Assembly: GCA_965260925.1 (NCBI GenBank)
Contig: CBDHBZ010000008.1
Coordinates: 1,493,005-1,557,004, forward strand
Length of the DNA stretch: 64,000 nt
Source: Abditibacterium sp.
GTDB taxonomy: Bacteria; Armatimonadota; Abditibacteriia; Abditibacteriales; Abditibacteriaceae
Reading direction: 5' to 3'
This document shows positions 1 through 9,360 of the stretch, piece by piece (the stretch's first letter is position 1; every line of letters starts with the position of its first letter). The translations under genes were made by a program, and so were the position numbers. A model generated the notes under the pieces. That model had not been told where the DNA came from. It searched no databases and saw only the letters and a program-made list of their open reading frames with translations.

Positions 1-1419
1 ACCGATAACTTTGCCGTCGGAACTGCGGCCCTTCTGGTCGAAGATGAAAATATCTTGCAGCAACAGCGTGTCGCCTTCCATGCCCTGCACTTCGGTGATG
101 TGCGTCACTTTGCGCGAGCCATCCGACAGGCGCGCCTGCTGCACGATGATGTTGATCGCCGACGAAATCTGTTTGGAAATCACGCGAATCGGCAAATCCA
201 AACCGCTCATCAAACACAAAGTCTCCAAACGAGAAATCGTGTCGCGCGGAGAGTTGGAGTGAACCGTTGACAAACTGCCTTCGTGACCGGTGTTCATCGC
301 TTGCAACATATCGAGCGTTTCGCCGCCGCGACACTCGCCGACGATGATGCGGTCGGGACGCATACGCAGCGCGTTTTTGACCAACTCGCGGATGGTCACT
401 TCGCCTTCGCCCTCGATGTTGGCCGGACGCGACTCCATGCGCACCAGATTGGGAATGTAGACCTGCAATTCGGCGGCGTCCTCGATGGTGACGACGCGCT
501 CGGTCTGCGGAATGAAGTTGCTGGTGATGTTGAGCGTGGTGGTTTTGCCCGAACCGGTGCCGCCCGCGATGATGCAGTTCATGCGCGCTTTGACGGCGGC
601 TTCCAAGAAAATGCGCATCGGCTCGGTCATCGAGCCGAACTCGACCAAGGCTTCGGCTTCCAATTTCTTCTGAAAAAATTTGCGGATGCTCATGCTCGGC
701 CCGTTGAGGGCCAGCGGCGGAATCACGATGTTGACGCGACTGCCGTCGGGCAAACGTCCGTCAACTAAGGGCGTGCGCGCGTTGGCGGTTTTGCCCAGCG
801 GCCTGACGATGCGGTCAACGATATTTAAAACGTGATCTTGATCAACGAATTTGCGCCGCGAGCGGCAGATTTTGCCTTTGCGCTCGATGAAAATATCGGT
901 CGGCGAGTTAACCATGATTTCCGAGATCGTCGGGTCGTTGAGCAGATACTGCATCGGGCCGAAACCCAAAACTTCGTTCAAGACTTCCTCGACCAAAACC
1001 GCTTTGCGCTTGGGCATCAACGGTTTCTCGTCTTTGAGCACGTCGTTCATCACCTGCGTGGCGACGGGCCGCAAACGGTCGCGGTCGTCGGCCTTGAACT
1101 GCTGGCCACCCAGTTCATCCACCAAAACCTCGTGGATTTTATGCGACAAACGCAACAGTTCGTCATCGAAATCGGTGTCGTCTTCGTCATCGGGCATGTG
1201 CATCTCGGCTTCGAGAAACGCCGCCAATCCGCCTTTTTTTTCTTCTTCCTCAGCGGGCGCCTCGGCCTCTTTGCCATTGCCGCCGACAACCGACTGCAAC
1301 CGCTCTTTAACCTCGCCGTTGCCGGAGGACGTGGCTGGTGTCGAGGCAGGGGGAGCCGCCACGCCGCCGCCGGACGCGCCGCCAAATCGTGAACGTGAAC
1401 CACCGGGAATTAATGCCAT
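1..1419 (-). CDS. cpaF: CpaF/TadA-type (VirB11-family) Tad/Flp pilus secretion ATPase; C-terminus lies beyond the window start
   Basis: Absent from the ORF track because it has no stop inside the window. Hand translation of the minus strand from ATG 1419 gives ...[19 protein letters not shown] (Walker A, about 540-570) and ...[48 protein letters not shown]..., the CpaF signature. The listed plus-strand ORFs here are antisense artefacts. Confidence 0.85.
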   Translation of the reverse strand, partial: MALIPGGSRSRFGGASGGGVAAPPASTPATSSGNGEVKERLQSVVGGNGKEAEAPAEEEEKKGGLAAFLEAEMHMPDDEDDTDFDDELLRLSHKIHEVLVDELGGQQFKADDRDRLRPVATQVMNDVLKDEKPLMPKRKAVLVEEVLNEVLGFGPMQYLLNDPTISEIMVNSPTDIFIERKGKICRSRRKFVDQDHVLNIVDRIVRPLGKTANARTPLVDGRLPDGSRVNIVIPPLALNGPSMSIRKFFQKKLEAEALVEFGSMTEPMRIFLEAAVKARMNCIIAGGTGSGKTTTLNITSNFIPQTERVVTIEDAAELQVYIPNLVRMESRPANIEGEGEVTIRELVKNALRMRPDRIIVGECRGGETLDMLQAMNTGHEGSLSTVHSNSPRDTISRLETLCLMSGLDLPIRVISKQISSAINIIVQQARLSDGSRKVTHITEVQGMEGDTLLLQDIFIFDQKGRSSDGKVIG

Positions 1420-1687
1420 AGTAAAATCGCCTCCGCACCTTGGGCAATTCGTGGCGTGATGCGCCACAGAATGCCGAATGGTGTGAGGCACGCTTTTTAC
1501 CAATGGAATTTACGGAGATTGGGCGATTGGCTCCAATGTCACAGTTTCGAGGAGATATGCACAAATTTGGGCGATCTGAAGAGGATGATTCTTTGAGCCG
1601 CAAGAAGGCTAGCGAGAAAATCATTGTAAATGAGCGCGTCTTTACAGGTAACGCCCAAAATTTTCTAAGAAATTTAACAATTTGCCA

Positions 1688-1719
1688 TTGACAAGAAATG
1701 GGGGGGGGGGCGTTAATAT
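1688..1719 (+). promoter_or_regulatory. Candidate sigma70-like promoter with a G11 homopolymer in the spacer, upstream of the toxin gene
   Basis: TTGACA (1688-1693), a 20-nt spacer containing G11 (1700-1710), then TAATAT (1714-1719). It lies in an AT-rich intergenic region 55 nt upstream of ATG 1774. Confidence 0.35.
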
Positions 1720-1773
1720 ATTAAAGGAGAAAATTTACAGCTATTGCTGAGCCATTAATTATCTTCCATTCCC

Positions 1774-1953
1774 ATGAAAAACTGCGTTGTTTTTGTTACT
1801 TTGCTTCTCGCGCTTTTGGGCGTCGGGAAAAATTCCTTTGCTCAATTTGGTGGCGACGTTGAACCTGCCACGCCAACGATAACAAATGGAACAGTATATT
1901 GGGTACAGGATGGAACTGGAACTTGGCTCGCTGGTTCCTACTCAGGTAAATTA
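1774..1953 (+). CDS. Signal-peptide-encoding 5' segment of the polymorphic toxin gene, separated from the body by a palindromic insertion
   Basis: MKNCVVFVTLLLALLGVGKNSFA/QF is a Sec-type signal peptide. The frame runs into the 98-bp inverted repeat at 1954. Deleting 1954-2051 joins ...YSGKL in frame to YKYTVSNNY... of the downstream ORF. Confidence 0.55.
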
Positions 1954-2051
1954 GGAGTTACGCAGTTGGAAAATTCTGAGCGTGAGCGTGAACCGTTTTT
2001 GCTCTTTTTTGTCTCACGCTCAAGCGTGAAAATCTCCAACTGCGTAACTCC
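1954..2051. mobile_element. 98-bp MITE-like palindromic insertion inside the toxin gene
   Basis: The terminal arms GGAGTTACGCAGTTGGA (1954-1970) and TCCAACTGCGTAACTCC (2035-2051) are perfect reverse complements. Inner TGAGCGTGAGCG / TCACGCTCAAGCG pair imperfectly. The element contains a TGA (1989-1991) in the downstream toxin frame. Confidence 0.55.
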
Positions 2052-2117
2052 TATAAATATACTGTCTCTAATAATTACACTTTCAGCAACACTCATTACG
2101 TCAGTGTCACAAACGGA

Positions 2118-5100
2118 GTGTTCAGCTATAGAGGCGGTAGTGTTCTAAGTAAGCCAGATCCTAATAAGTGCGAGACTTGGTTTTATGAAGCATCATTCAC
2201 ACACACACTTCTTAGTCCCCTGTTTATAGGCGGCAGTTTTACTGTGGATACTTTGTATGACACTCATGATTATACATCTTGCCCAGTAGCCACTCCTACG
2301 CCTGTCCCGACTGCGACGCCGCTTCCGACGCCAACGCCGACTCCCAAGCCGCCCGTTGTCGAGGCAACAACGACTGCGTTAATCGCGGGCGGCATTCGTG
2401 TCGGGCAGTATTACTCTTCTGTCGTCAGCAATCCGCATCAAGTCGAAATCTCCGCGACTGCTGATCCCATAGATGGCGTGCTCGGAGGGCAGTACGTTTC
2501 GTTTACGATTACTTCCAATCACGCGGGACAAAGCATCCAGCCGGGTGTTGCTCTCAACGGCGAAGACGCTCCCGCAACCAGCGTAGCAGCTAAGACCAAC
2601 ACCAGTGGCATCGCGCGGGCGGTGCTGACCAGCGGCTCGGACGTTGGGCCGGTCACGGTCGCTGTGACTGCTAATGGCAAATCTGTGCAGAAGACGTTCA
2701 CTATTGAGTCCCCTGAAAGTTCATGGGATGCGACAGCAGAAAATACATCAACGGGTCAGGCGATAGATAGCGACAGGCAGGGACGGCCAATTTTACGGCT
2801 GAAATTGTCTTACAAGGGTTTACCCGTCAACGGTCATCCAATAAATTGGAGCATCAAATCTGCTGCGGATATTGACGAAGAACCCATAGCTGCCGACAAA
2901 ATCGGCAATTATGTCATTCTTTCTGGCGCCATTAGCACGACGGGTGCGGCTGAAAACCCCGGTGAGGCGGCAGCTTACTTAACCCTGTTGCCTAAGTTCG
3001 GCTCGATGAGTCATGTGGCGACAGACACCGCTCAATCCGATACTTCTGTTCCCTCCGCGCTGATTAGCGGAAACGAGTCGTCTGGTGCCGTCGCGGCAGC
3101 GGCAAGTTCAAGGTTGGCAATGCGGCATATGCCTTATGGGGACGATGTTAAATCTTTCAAGGGGGAACCGGAACTTCGCTTTCACCAAGAAGAAATAAAC
3201 GGCAGACGTATGTCTCGGTCTTTACCGCCGCCCGTAAAAGATACTGGGACGCGCTACGAGATCATCGAAATCAAGACGACGATGCACTTCTCGGTCATCA
3301 AAGATTATGTCGGCGAAGAGAAGAGCGAGACGACTCGTAAAGAGCGGCTCGACAAAATGCTGACCTTCGACTTTGGCGAGGCCGGAACTTTAACGGCCAT
3401 CCAAAACGCTCAGACCCTACAAATTAGCCTTAGTGGGACCGGGGCGATGGGCGACCTGGCGGGAGACGAAGACACACGGAGTTTCACTCAGTTCTTCTTC
3501 GACTTTCTCAAAGAGGATTTGGAGTCCGGTGCCGCTGCCGAACGCGTTTGGTGCGTGGGCGAAGGCTTCACCTACGCGGTGCGCGATTCCATTACGGGAA
3601 CGGTCGAGGCCGTGACCAATTATGAGGAGACCTGGCAGTCGGTCAAGGTCGTGGTCAAGAACGTCTCCGATCCGAAGAAGCGTGCGGAAATGGAAAAGCA
3701 GATTCTTGCCCAAATGAGCAAGGTCAACAGAGAGTATCAAAAATCGTTGCAGGGCGACGGCAAATATGCATCTCGCTTCAACGGGCGCATCGTAGGCGAA
3801 GTCTTCTTGATCGTTATCGGCGACAAGGGCACGCAAGTCGTGGTCAAGGCGGCCAAAGGCACCAAGATCGTACGCAAGTTCGTGCAAGTCACTAAGCCCT
3901 TCCAACTGAAAGTGACGGCTCGCGCCACCCGCTATGTGCAGAAAATGCGTCATGTGCGCGAGTTCCCCGCCTTGGCGAAGAAGCTGAGAGCGACTGGCAA
4001 GTGGAATGTGGACAAAGGCTTCATTCGGGCGAAAACCAATCCCGGCAAAGCGGCCAAAGAGTTCGCGGTCAACGTGCTGCGCAACAAGGAAGCCGCTATC
4101 CGCTTCAAAGACGGTAGCTTCCGCGTGATCTCCAAACGATACGATAAGGTCATCGGCTATGTAACCAAAACCGTCAATGGCAAGAAAATCCGCGTTCCGT
4201 GCCACAAAGCCGAAGTTTGGTTTGGCAAAGACGGCAAGCTCAAGCGTTTGCGTCTGTTAGTTGAAGCGGTCTGCTTTGTCGAAGGCACGCCCATCCTGAT
4301 GGCCGACGGCATGCATAAGCCTATCGAACAGATCAAAACGGGCGACCTGGTAATGAGCCGCGACGAAGCCACAGGCGCGACCAGCGCGCAGCGCGTGGTG
4401 CAAACGTTCGAGAAGCAAGCCGCCGCCACGCTCGTCTTGCGCCTGAAGAACGGCGAAACTGTCGAGACGACGCGCGAACATCCGTTCTACGTCGAGAGCC
4501 AGGGCTTCACACCGGCGGGCGAGATGGGCATCGGCACCAGCATCGTCACGCGCGCTGGGCCGTCCGCGATACTCGCTTCATCGCAAGTTCGCAGTCGGGC
4601 GGCGACGGTTTACAACTTCGAAGTCGAGAACACTCATACTTACTTCGTCGGGCAATCCGAGCTGTGGGTGCATAACTTATGTGAATTTCGCACCAGCACT
4701 TCTCAAGCTTTAAATTCGGCAGGACTCAGGTTGAGCCGTTTAGACGATGTATTTGCGGTTGTCAGAGATACTGATTTGGGCACTGGCACTGCGACAAATA
4801 GTTCTTCAACTCGGTTTGTGCGACAGCGCGGTGTATCAACGGATGTTGCAGGACACGCAATAGGAAATCAGTTGGGCGGGCCAGGAGGAGCTACACGGGG
4901 CAACATATTTCCTCAGTCGGCGAACTGGAATTCGGGGCGGTTCGCACGCTTTGAAAGCCGTATCGCTCAAGAAATCAGGGCTATTGCTGCTACTAATCCT
5001 GCAGATGCCTACGCTCGGATCAGGGTGAAGTTTCATTACGATGGCCCCATTGCAACCCGCCCGTCCTCGATTTCTTACCGAGTTGATCTTGGTGATGGGA

Positions 5101-5132
5101 GGAAGCTCAGTATGTTGTTTCCTAATCCATAG
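2118..5132 (+). CDS. Polymorphic toxin body: Pro/Thr linker, Ig-like (Big) domain, long helical region, Hint (PT-HINT) domain, C-terminal nuclease-like toxin domain
   Basis: Hint signature CFVEGTPILMADG...TREHPFYV...VYNFEVENTHTYFVGQSELWVHN (about 4270-4678). The C-terminal ~150 aa carry GHAIGNQLGG...NIFPQSANWN, which resembles beta-beta-alpha-Me non-specific endonuclease toxin domains. The frame is open back to 2052. Confidence 0.8.
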   Translation: MFSYRGGSVLSKPDPNKCETWFYEASFTHTLLSPLFIGGSFTVDTLYDTHDYTSCPVATPTPVPTATPLPTPTPTPKPPVVEATTTALIAGGIRVGQYYSSVVSNPHQVEISATADPIDGVLGGQYVSFTITSNHAGQSIQPGVALNGEDAPATSVAAKTNTSGIARAVLTSGSDVGPVTVAVTANGKSVQKTFTIESPESSWDATAENTSTGQAIDSDRQGRPILRLKLSYKGLPVNGHPINWSIKSAADIDEEPIAADKIGNYVILSGAISTTGAAENPGEAAAYLTLLPKFGSMSHVATDTAQSDTSVPSALISGNESSGAVAAAASSRLAMRHMPYGDDVKSFKGEPELRFHQEEINGRRMSRSLPPPVKDTGTRYEIIEIKTTMHFSVIKDYVGEEKSETTRKERLDKMLTFDFGEAGTLTAIQNAQTLQISLSGTGAMGDLAGDEDTRSFTQFFFDFLKEDLESGAAAERVWCVGEGFTYAVRDSITGTVEAVTNYEETWQSVKVVVKNVSDPKKRAEMEKQILAQMSKVNREYQKSLQGDGKYASRFNGRIVGEVFLIVIGDKGTQVVVKAAKGTKIVRKFVQVTKPFQLKVTARATRYVQKMRHVREFPALAKKLRATGKWNVDKGFIRAKTNPGKAAKEFAVNVLRNKEAAIRFKDGSFRVISKRYDKVIGYVTKTVNGKKIRVPCHKAEVWFGKDGKLKRLRLLVEAVCFVEGTPILMADGMHKPIEQIKTGDLVMSRDEATGATSAQRVVQTFEKQAAATLVLRLKNGETVETTREHPFYVESQGFTPAGEMGIGTSIVTRAGPSAILASSQVRSRAATVYNFEVENTHTYFVGQSELWVHNLCEFRTSTSQALNSAGLRLSRLDDVFAVVRDTDLGTGTATNSSSTRFVRQRGVSTDVAGHAIGNQLGGPGGATRGNIFPQSANWNSGRFARFESRIAQEIRAIAATNPADAYARIRVKFHYDGPIATRPSSISYRVDLGDGRKLSMLFPNP

Positions 5133-5143
5133 CGGAGAATACA

Positions 5144-5983
5144 ATGAGTGCAATTCATCGTCTCGTTGAAAAAGGCAATGCTTCAGGAGTTTTGGCGGTC
5201 ATCGCAAAAACTCCTCAAGTTGTCAATCAAGTTCTTTCTAAAGCACAACCAGATCAACCGTTACATCTCGCTGCATGGCAGAACGCAAGCGAAATCGCCC
5301 GCATACTCATCAGCAACGGAGCGAACGTTGATGCCCGTGGCGATAACAATCGCGTTCCCATCCATTATGCGGCTCAACATGGCGGTCTGGAAGTCGCAAA
5401 AGTCCTTATAGACGCGGGAGCCGAACTCGACTTGCAAGATGCCAACGGATTCACGGCTTTGATTTTAGCTGTGCGAGGAAGGGAACCTTCTTGTATCAAA
5501 GCTGCACAACTGCTTAGAAGTTCTGGTGCTTTTGCTGATTTAAACTCTTTGGTGTCGTTAGGAGAAACAAGAGCAGTTTGTCAGTTGGCTATTGAAAAAG
5601 CAGATTTGGAAACAGCGATCGAACCTTCTTCTCTCGTGGAAGATTTCGTCATCATGATAGAGGGTAAAGTTGCAGATTCTGGTTTTTACAATCCAGATGA
5701 AAGACAAGCAGCTATCGCAAGTAGTTACGAAGATATGCTTGCTTGCTTGTTGAAATTGGGCGCAGAAATGGATGCAATTGGCTCCACTGGCTATCCTGCG
5801 TTATTTACAGCGGTTCAGAGCAACATCCCTTCATTAGTACGCCTTCTTCTTGAGAACGGGGCAGATGTGAACTACCGCCTCGACCAACATGGACGTGTTG
5901 TGGACGCAGTATCACTAACATCGGGGGACGAAGGCAGGGAAGTTCGCAAAATTCTCAGCGATTTCGGTTTCAAGAAAAATTGA
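5144..5983 (+). CDS. Ankyrin-repeat protein, likely cognate immunity protein of the upstream toxin
   Basis: Repeats such as LHLAAWQNASEIARILISNGANVDARG and IHYAAQHGGLEVAKVLIDAGAELDLQDANGFTALILAV. It lies immediately downstream of the toxin stop. The immunity role is inferred from position. Confidence 0.75.
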   Translation: MSAIHRLVEKGNASGVLAVIAKTPQVVNQVLSKAQPDQPLHLAAWQNASEIARILISNGANVDARGDNNRVPIHYAAQHGGLEVAKVLIDAGAELDLQDANGFTALILAVRGREPSCIKAAQLLRSSGAFADLNSLVSLGETRAVCQLAIEKADLETAIEPSSLVEDFVIMIEGKVADSGFYNPDERQAAIASSYEDMLACLLKLGAEMDAIGSTGYPALFTAVQSNIPSLVRLLLENGADVNYRLDQHGRVVDAVSLTSGDEGREVRKILSDFGFKKN

Positions 5984-6816
5984 TGGCCGACGGCACACAC
6001 CGCACAATTGAACAGATAAAAGCGGGCGATTTGGTGATGAGCCGCAACGAAGCCACGGGCCAAGTTAGCGCGCAACGCGTGGCGCAAACATTCGAGAAGC
6101 AAGCCGCCGCCACGCTCGTGTTGCGCTTGAAGAACGGCGAGCAGATCGAGACGACCAAAGAACATCCGTTCTACGTCGAAAGCCAGGGCTTCACGCCAGC
6201 GGGCGAGATGGGCATCGGCACCAGCATCGTCACACGCGCGGGGCCGAATGCTGTTTTGGCTTCGTCGCGGGTTCGTGAGCGGGCGGCGACGGTTTACAAC
6301 TTCGAGGTCGAGAACACTCATACTTACTTCGTTGGAAGCAGCAATCTGTGGGTGCATAACGCTTGTCGCTTCGCAGCTTCGTTTGTTAAACACTTGACCA
6401 GAGGAGATGGCTTTACATTCGGCAATCAGATTTCTGGATGCCACAACCTTGAAGGGTTCTTGAAGTTCACCAGTGCAAACGGTGTAAAGATCGTCAAACA
6501 GTATGATCTTCCCGTTAAAGGACTCGTTCAAGTTCAATACGAAGGTTTTGTGCTGAAAAAGGGCGTTCGCGTTGTCAAAGTGTGGGAAAAAACTCTATAC
6601 GATCCCACACGAATCTCAGACAGCAAGATGATAGGCTTTATCAAGGAGGCTTACGAAGATTCCGTCATTCAAGGCACAAGAAAAGCCGCACAAGGAAATT
6701 CCAAAGTGTGGTGGGGATTCGCTAAAGTGGGAAACAGTAAGGTGTATTTTCAAGGTTATGTTGACCTTGTTGAAGACGGTGTTGAGGTCATCAAAACGGG
6801 CTTTCCCAAATATTAA
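5980..6816 (+). CDS. Orphan (displaced) toxin cassette: Hint domain lacking its first Cys, plus a different C-terminal toxin domain (possibly EndoU-like RNase)
   Basis: 5981-6360 is clearly homologous at DNA and protein level to 4297-4678 of the main toxin (LMADG...THTYFVGSSNLWVHN), then diverges. The tail has SGCHNLEGF...KTLYDPTRISDSKMIGFIKEA, reminiscent of bacterial EndoU toxins (weak call). Confidence 0.7.
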   Translation: MMADGTHRTIEQIKAGDLVMSRNEATGQVSAQRVAQTFEKQAAATLVLRLKNGEQIETTKEHPFYVESQGFTPAGEMGIGTSIVTRAGPNAVLASSRVRERAATVYNFEVENTHTYFVGSSNLWVHNACRFAASFVKHLTRGDGFTFGNQISGCHNLEGFLKFTSANGVKIVKQYDLPVKGLVQVQYEGFVLKKGVRVVKVWEKTLYDPTRISDSKMIGFIKEAYEDSVIQGTRKAAQGNSKVWWGFAKVGNSKVYFQGYVDLVEDGVEVIKTGFPKY

Positions 6817-6821
6817 TAAGC

Positions 6822-7178
6822 ATGGAAGAAATAGAATTCCCTTTGCGTCTTCAAGACGAAGACTTGATAACCGCTGATCATGGCTGGATCATGATTTTGG
6901 CGACAACAAGAGATAAGGAGTTCATTCCCTTAATCAAAGAGTTAGTAGAAGACGATCTCTATCCCGGAGAGGGACAAGTCATTTACCAAGATGAACACGA
7001 CAATTTTGTAGTCAACATTGACGTGTATGGTGACGTGTTGACGCTTGCTCCTCTCGTGCTTTGGAAATACGTTCTTTTGGCTGTTGAGCGGCATCTACTA
7101 TACAAACGGTTTGATTACGAACAATGCCCGGCGTTAATCGAAGAAATTCAGCAGAAAATAGAACTGAGCCAACATTAA
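6822..7178 (+). CDS. Small acidic protein, likely immunity protein for the orphan toxin
   Basis: 118-aa ORF 5 nt after the orphan toxin stop, AT-richer than the flanks. No recognisable motif; the role is inferred from position. Confidence 0.5.
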   Translation: MEEIEFPLRLQDEDLITADHGWIMILATTRDKEFIPLIKELVEDDLYPGEGQVIYQDEHDNFVVNIDVYGDVLTLAPLVLWKYVLLAVERHLLYKRFDYEQCPALIEEIQQKIELSQH

Positions 7179-7190
7179 CATCAAACACCA

Positions 7191-7302
7191 GCCACGCTCG
7201 TGCTGCGACTGAAGAACGGCGAGCAAATCGAGACGACGCGCGAACATCCGTTCTACGTCGAAAGCCAGGGCTTTACTCCGGCGGGCGAAATGGGCATTGG
7301 CA
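7191..7302 (+). pseudogene. Third Hint-domain remnant (about 112 bp), a vestige of a further toxin cassette
   Basis: GCCACGCTCGTGCTGCGACTGAAGAACGGCGAGCAAATCGAGACGACGCGCGAACATCCGTTCTACGTCGAAAGCCAGGGC... matches 6109-6222 and 4424-4540 (LRLKNGEQIETTREHPFYVESQGFTPAGEMGIG). The similarity then ends. Confidence 0.7.
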
Positions 7303-7382
7303 TGTGCGCGGCCGACAGTTCGCGGGCTTTGGTGGCGGTGCCGGTCGTCGCCCGCTTTCGTCGCACAGAGCATGGAAACGCC

Positions 7383-7438
7383 CGACACCAGCCACGTCCT
7401 ACGGCAGTTTTTAGCATCGTGGGACGTGGCTGGTGTCG
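7383..7438. repeat. Dispersed palindromic element (CGACACCAGCCACGTCC hairpin)
   Basis: CGACACCAGCCACGTCC (7383-7399), a 22-nt loop, then GGACGTGGCTGGTGTCG (7422-7438). Confidence 0.9.
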
Positions 7439-7517
7439 CGTGCTTTGCCCACGAAGCGGGGTTTTCGTCAAAGCGACGGCCCCGTGAAACATCGCGCTGT
7501 AACGGCGCGACTCTCGT

Positions 7518-8750
7518 TTAAATCTGGTTTTTTTGATACTCTTCCATTAAATCGGCGGCGTTCAAAATGGGCAGCGTCACCGTGAAAGTCGTGCCCTGCC
7601 CGGCGCCCGCGCTCAGCACCGCGACCGTTCCGTGGTGCAGTTCGACGATGTGGCGCACGATCGCCAAACCCAAACCCAAACCGCCGTGGCGCCGCGTTGT
7701 CGAGCCGTCGGCCTGACGGAAGCGGTCGAAGATGTGCGGCAAAAACTCGGACGCGATGCCCTGCCCGCTATCGGAAATTTCGAGCACCACGCGGTCGCCG
7801 ATGCGTTGCGTCGAAACGCGCACCTGCCCCTGCGCGGGCGTGAATTTTATCGCGTTGGAAAGCAAATTCCAGGTGACCTGTTGCAGGCGCGTCGGGTCGC
7901 CGCACAGTTCGGGAACCGGCTGCAAATCGAGCTGCAAATCGAGCTGCTTCTCCTTGAGCTGCGGCTGAAAGGTCAGCGCCGTCGCGCGCACGATGCCGTG
8001 CAAATCGATCTCGCCGAACTCCAGCCGAAAATTGCCCGAAATAATGCGCGAAACGTCCAGCAAATCCTCGATCAATTGGGCTTGCACGCGCGCGTTGCGC
8101 TCGATAACTTCCAAGGCCTGTTGCACGGTTTCCTCGTCCAAGTCGCCGCTGCGCACCAAGCTCGTCCAGCCCATGATCGCGTTGAGCGGCGTGCGCAGTT
8201 CGTGGGAAATCGTGGCGAGAAACTGGTCTTTGGCGGCGTTAGCCGCTTCGGCTTCCTCGCGCTCGACTTGCGCTTTGACCAACTCTAAACGCCCGTTCTC
8301 GTTGCGCTTGCGCTCGATCGCGTAGCGAATCGAACGTTCTAACAACGCGGTTTGGGCCTCGCCTTTTATCAGGTAATCCGAAGCGCCGCGCGCGATGGCG
8401 GCCACGGCGACGCTCTCGTCGGAGAGGCCGGTCAAAACGATCATCGGCGTGTCGGGCGCTATTTCGTGCAGCGCCTCGAAATTAACCAAACCCTCGCTGT
8501 CGGGCAAGTTCAGGTCGATCAAAACGACATCGAACTCGCCGGTTTCGAGCGCGCTTTTGGCTTCGGCGAGCAGTTCGACGTGCGTCAAAAGCGGCGCGGG
8601 CGCCGCCATCTCTTCGAGCGCGACTTCAACCAGTAAGGCGTCGGTCGGATTGTCCTCGACCAACAATACGCGCAACGTTTCACTCGCCGAATTCTCAGGG
8701 GAAACCTTGAATTCGGGCGTGCCAGAAGCCGCAGCGTTGAGCGATTGCAT
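7518..8750 (-). CDS. Hybrid response regulator / histidine kinase (REC-HisKA-HATPase)
   Basis: Receiver RVLLVEDNPTDALL...DVVLIDLNLPDSEG; H-box TISHELRTPLNAIMGW; HATPase GGLGLGLAIVRHIVELHHG. The start is moved to Met27 (8750) because the first 26 codons of the listed ORF lie in the inverted repeat 8761-8854. Confidence 0.85.
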   Translation of the reverse strand: MQSLNAAASGTPEFKVSPENSASETLRVLLVEDNPTDALLVEVALEEMAAPAPLLTHVELLAEAKSALETGEFDVVLIDLNLPDSEGLVNFEALHEIAPDTPMIVLTGLSDESVAVAAIARGASDYLIKGEAQTALLERSIRYAIERKRNENGRLELVKAQVEREEAEAANAAKDQFLATISHELRTPLNAIMGWTSLVRSGDLDEETVQQALEVIERNARVQAQLIEDLLDVSRIISGNFRLEFGEIDLHGIVRATALTFQPQLKEKQLDLQLDLQPVPELCGDPTRLQQVTWNLLSNAIKFTPAQGQVRVSTQRIGDRVVLEISDSGQGIASEFLPHIFDRFRQADGSTTRRHGGLGLGLAIVRHIVELHHGTVAVLSAGAGQGTTFTVTLPILNAADLMEEYQKNQI

Positions 8751-8760
8751 GGGGAGAGAC

Positions 8761-8854
8761 GTTCGTGGTGGCGTCGCAAGACGCGTCCGAATAATACGAT
8801 GCTTACAAGAGAAGGTTACGTTGCTCAAACGCGTCTTGCGACGCCACTACGAAC
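8761..8854. repeat. Nested inverted repeat, GTTCGTRGTRGCGTCGCAAGACGCGT family
   Basis: 26-nt arms at 8761-8786 and 8829-8854 with one G:T mismatch. Each arm contains the mini-hairpin GCGTC-GCAA-GACGC. Confidence 0.85.
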
Positions 8855-8857
8855 TGT

Positions 8858-9322
8858 TTACGGCGACGGTAGGCGCACAACGGTGAACCAAAACGTTTCG
8901 ATGGCTTTGACGACCTGGGCGAACTGCTCGAAATCGACCGGCTTACTGACGTAGCAGTTGGCGTGCAGGCCGTAGGCGCGCAGAATGTCTTCTTCGGCTT
9001 TGGAGGTCGTCAAAACGACGACGGGAATGCGTTTGAGCGCCTCGTCATTTTTGATCTCTTCCAAAACTTCGCGCCCGTCTTTGCGCGGCAAATTGAGGTC
9101 GAGCAAAATCAGGTCGGGCCGCTCCATTTCGGAGAACTCGCCCTCGCGCCGCAGAAACTGCATCGCTTCGACGCCATCGGAAACGATGTGCAATGTGTTG
9201 AGAACTTTGGCGTGTTCCAGCGCCTCTTGCGCCAGCAAAACGTCGGTCGGCGAGTCCTCGACTAAAAGAATATCTACAGGTTTGATGTGCCCTCCATTGG
9301 GAAAACTTTCGTGGTGCAACAT
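8858..9322 (-). CDS. Single-domain CheY-like response regulator
   Basis: [15 protein letters not shown]...[19 protein letters not shown]...IPVVVLTTS...SKP. Confidence 0.9.
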   Translation of the reverse strand: MLHHESFPNGGHIKPVDILLVEDSPTDVLLAQEALEHAKVLNTLHIVSDGVEAMQFLRREGEFSEMERPDLILLDLNLPRKDGREVLEEIKNDEALKRIPVVVLTTSKAEEDILRAYGLHANCYVSKPVDFEQFAQVVKAIETFWFTVVRLPSP

Positions 9323-9360
9323 AAGTAATTTACCTCAAATGACGCGCAATGCCGTCGCGC

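Noticed and set aside
283-1392. Plus-strand ORFs of 161, 186 and 202 aa opposite cpaF
   Set aside because: The minus strand encodes an unmistakable CpaF ATPase. The plus-strand ORFs have low-complexity Arg/Ala/Gly-rich translations typical of antisense frames in GC-rich DNA.
1954-2051. Programmed translational bypass (gene 60-like hop) over the 98-nt hairpin
   Set aside because: The take-off and landing codons are not identical (TTA versus CTA/TAT context), and no supporting signals were seen. Insertion of a MITE-like element is the simpler explanation.
4270-4680. The Hint domain as a true intein
   Set aside because: It is not inserted in a conserved host protein. It precedes a variable C-terminal toxin domain and is repeated in the orphan cassette, which fits the PT-HINT arrangement of polymorphic toxins.
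7186-7200. The third Hint remnant starts with ACACCAGCCACGC, close to the dispersed repeat core, suggesting the repeat mediated the truncation
   Set aside because: The homologous position in the other two copies reads GCCGCCGCCACGC, so most of the match is ancestral coding sequence. The evidence is too thin to claim repeat involvement.
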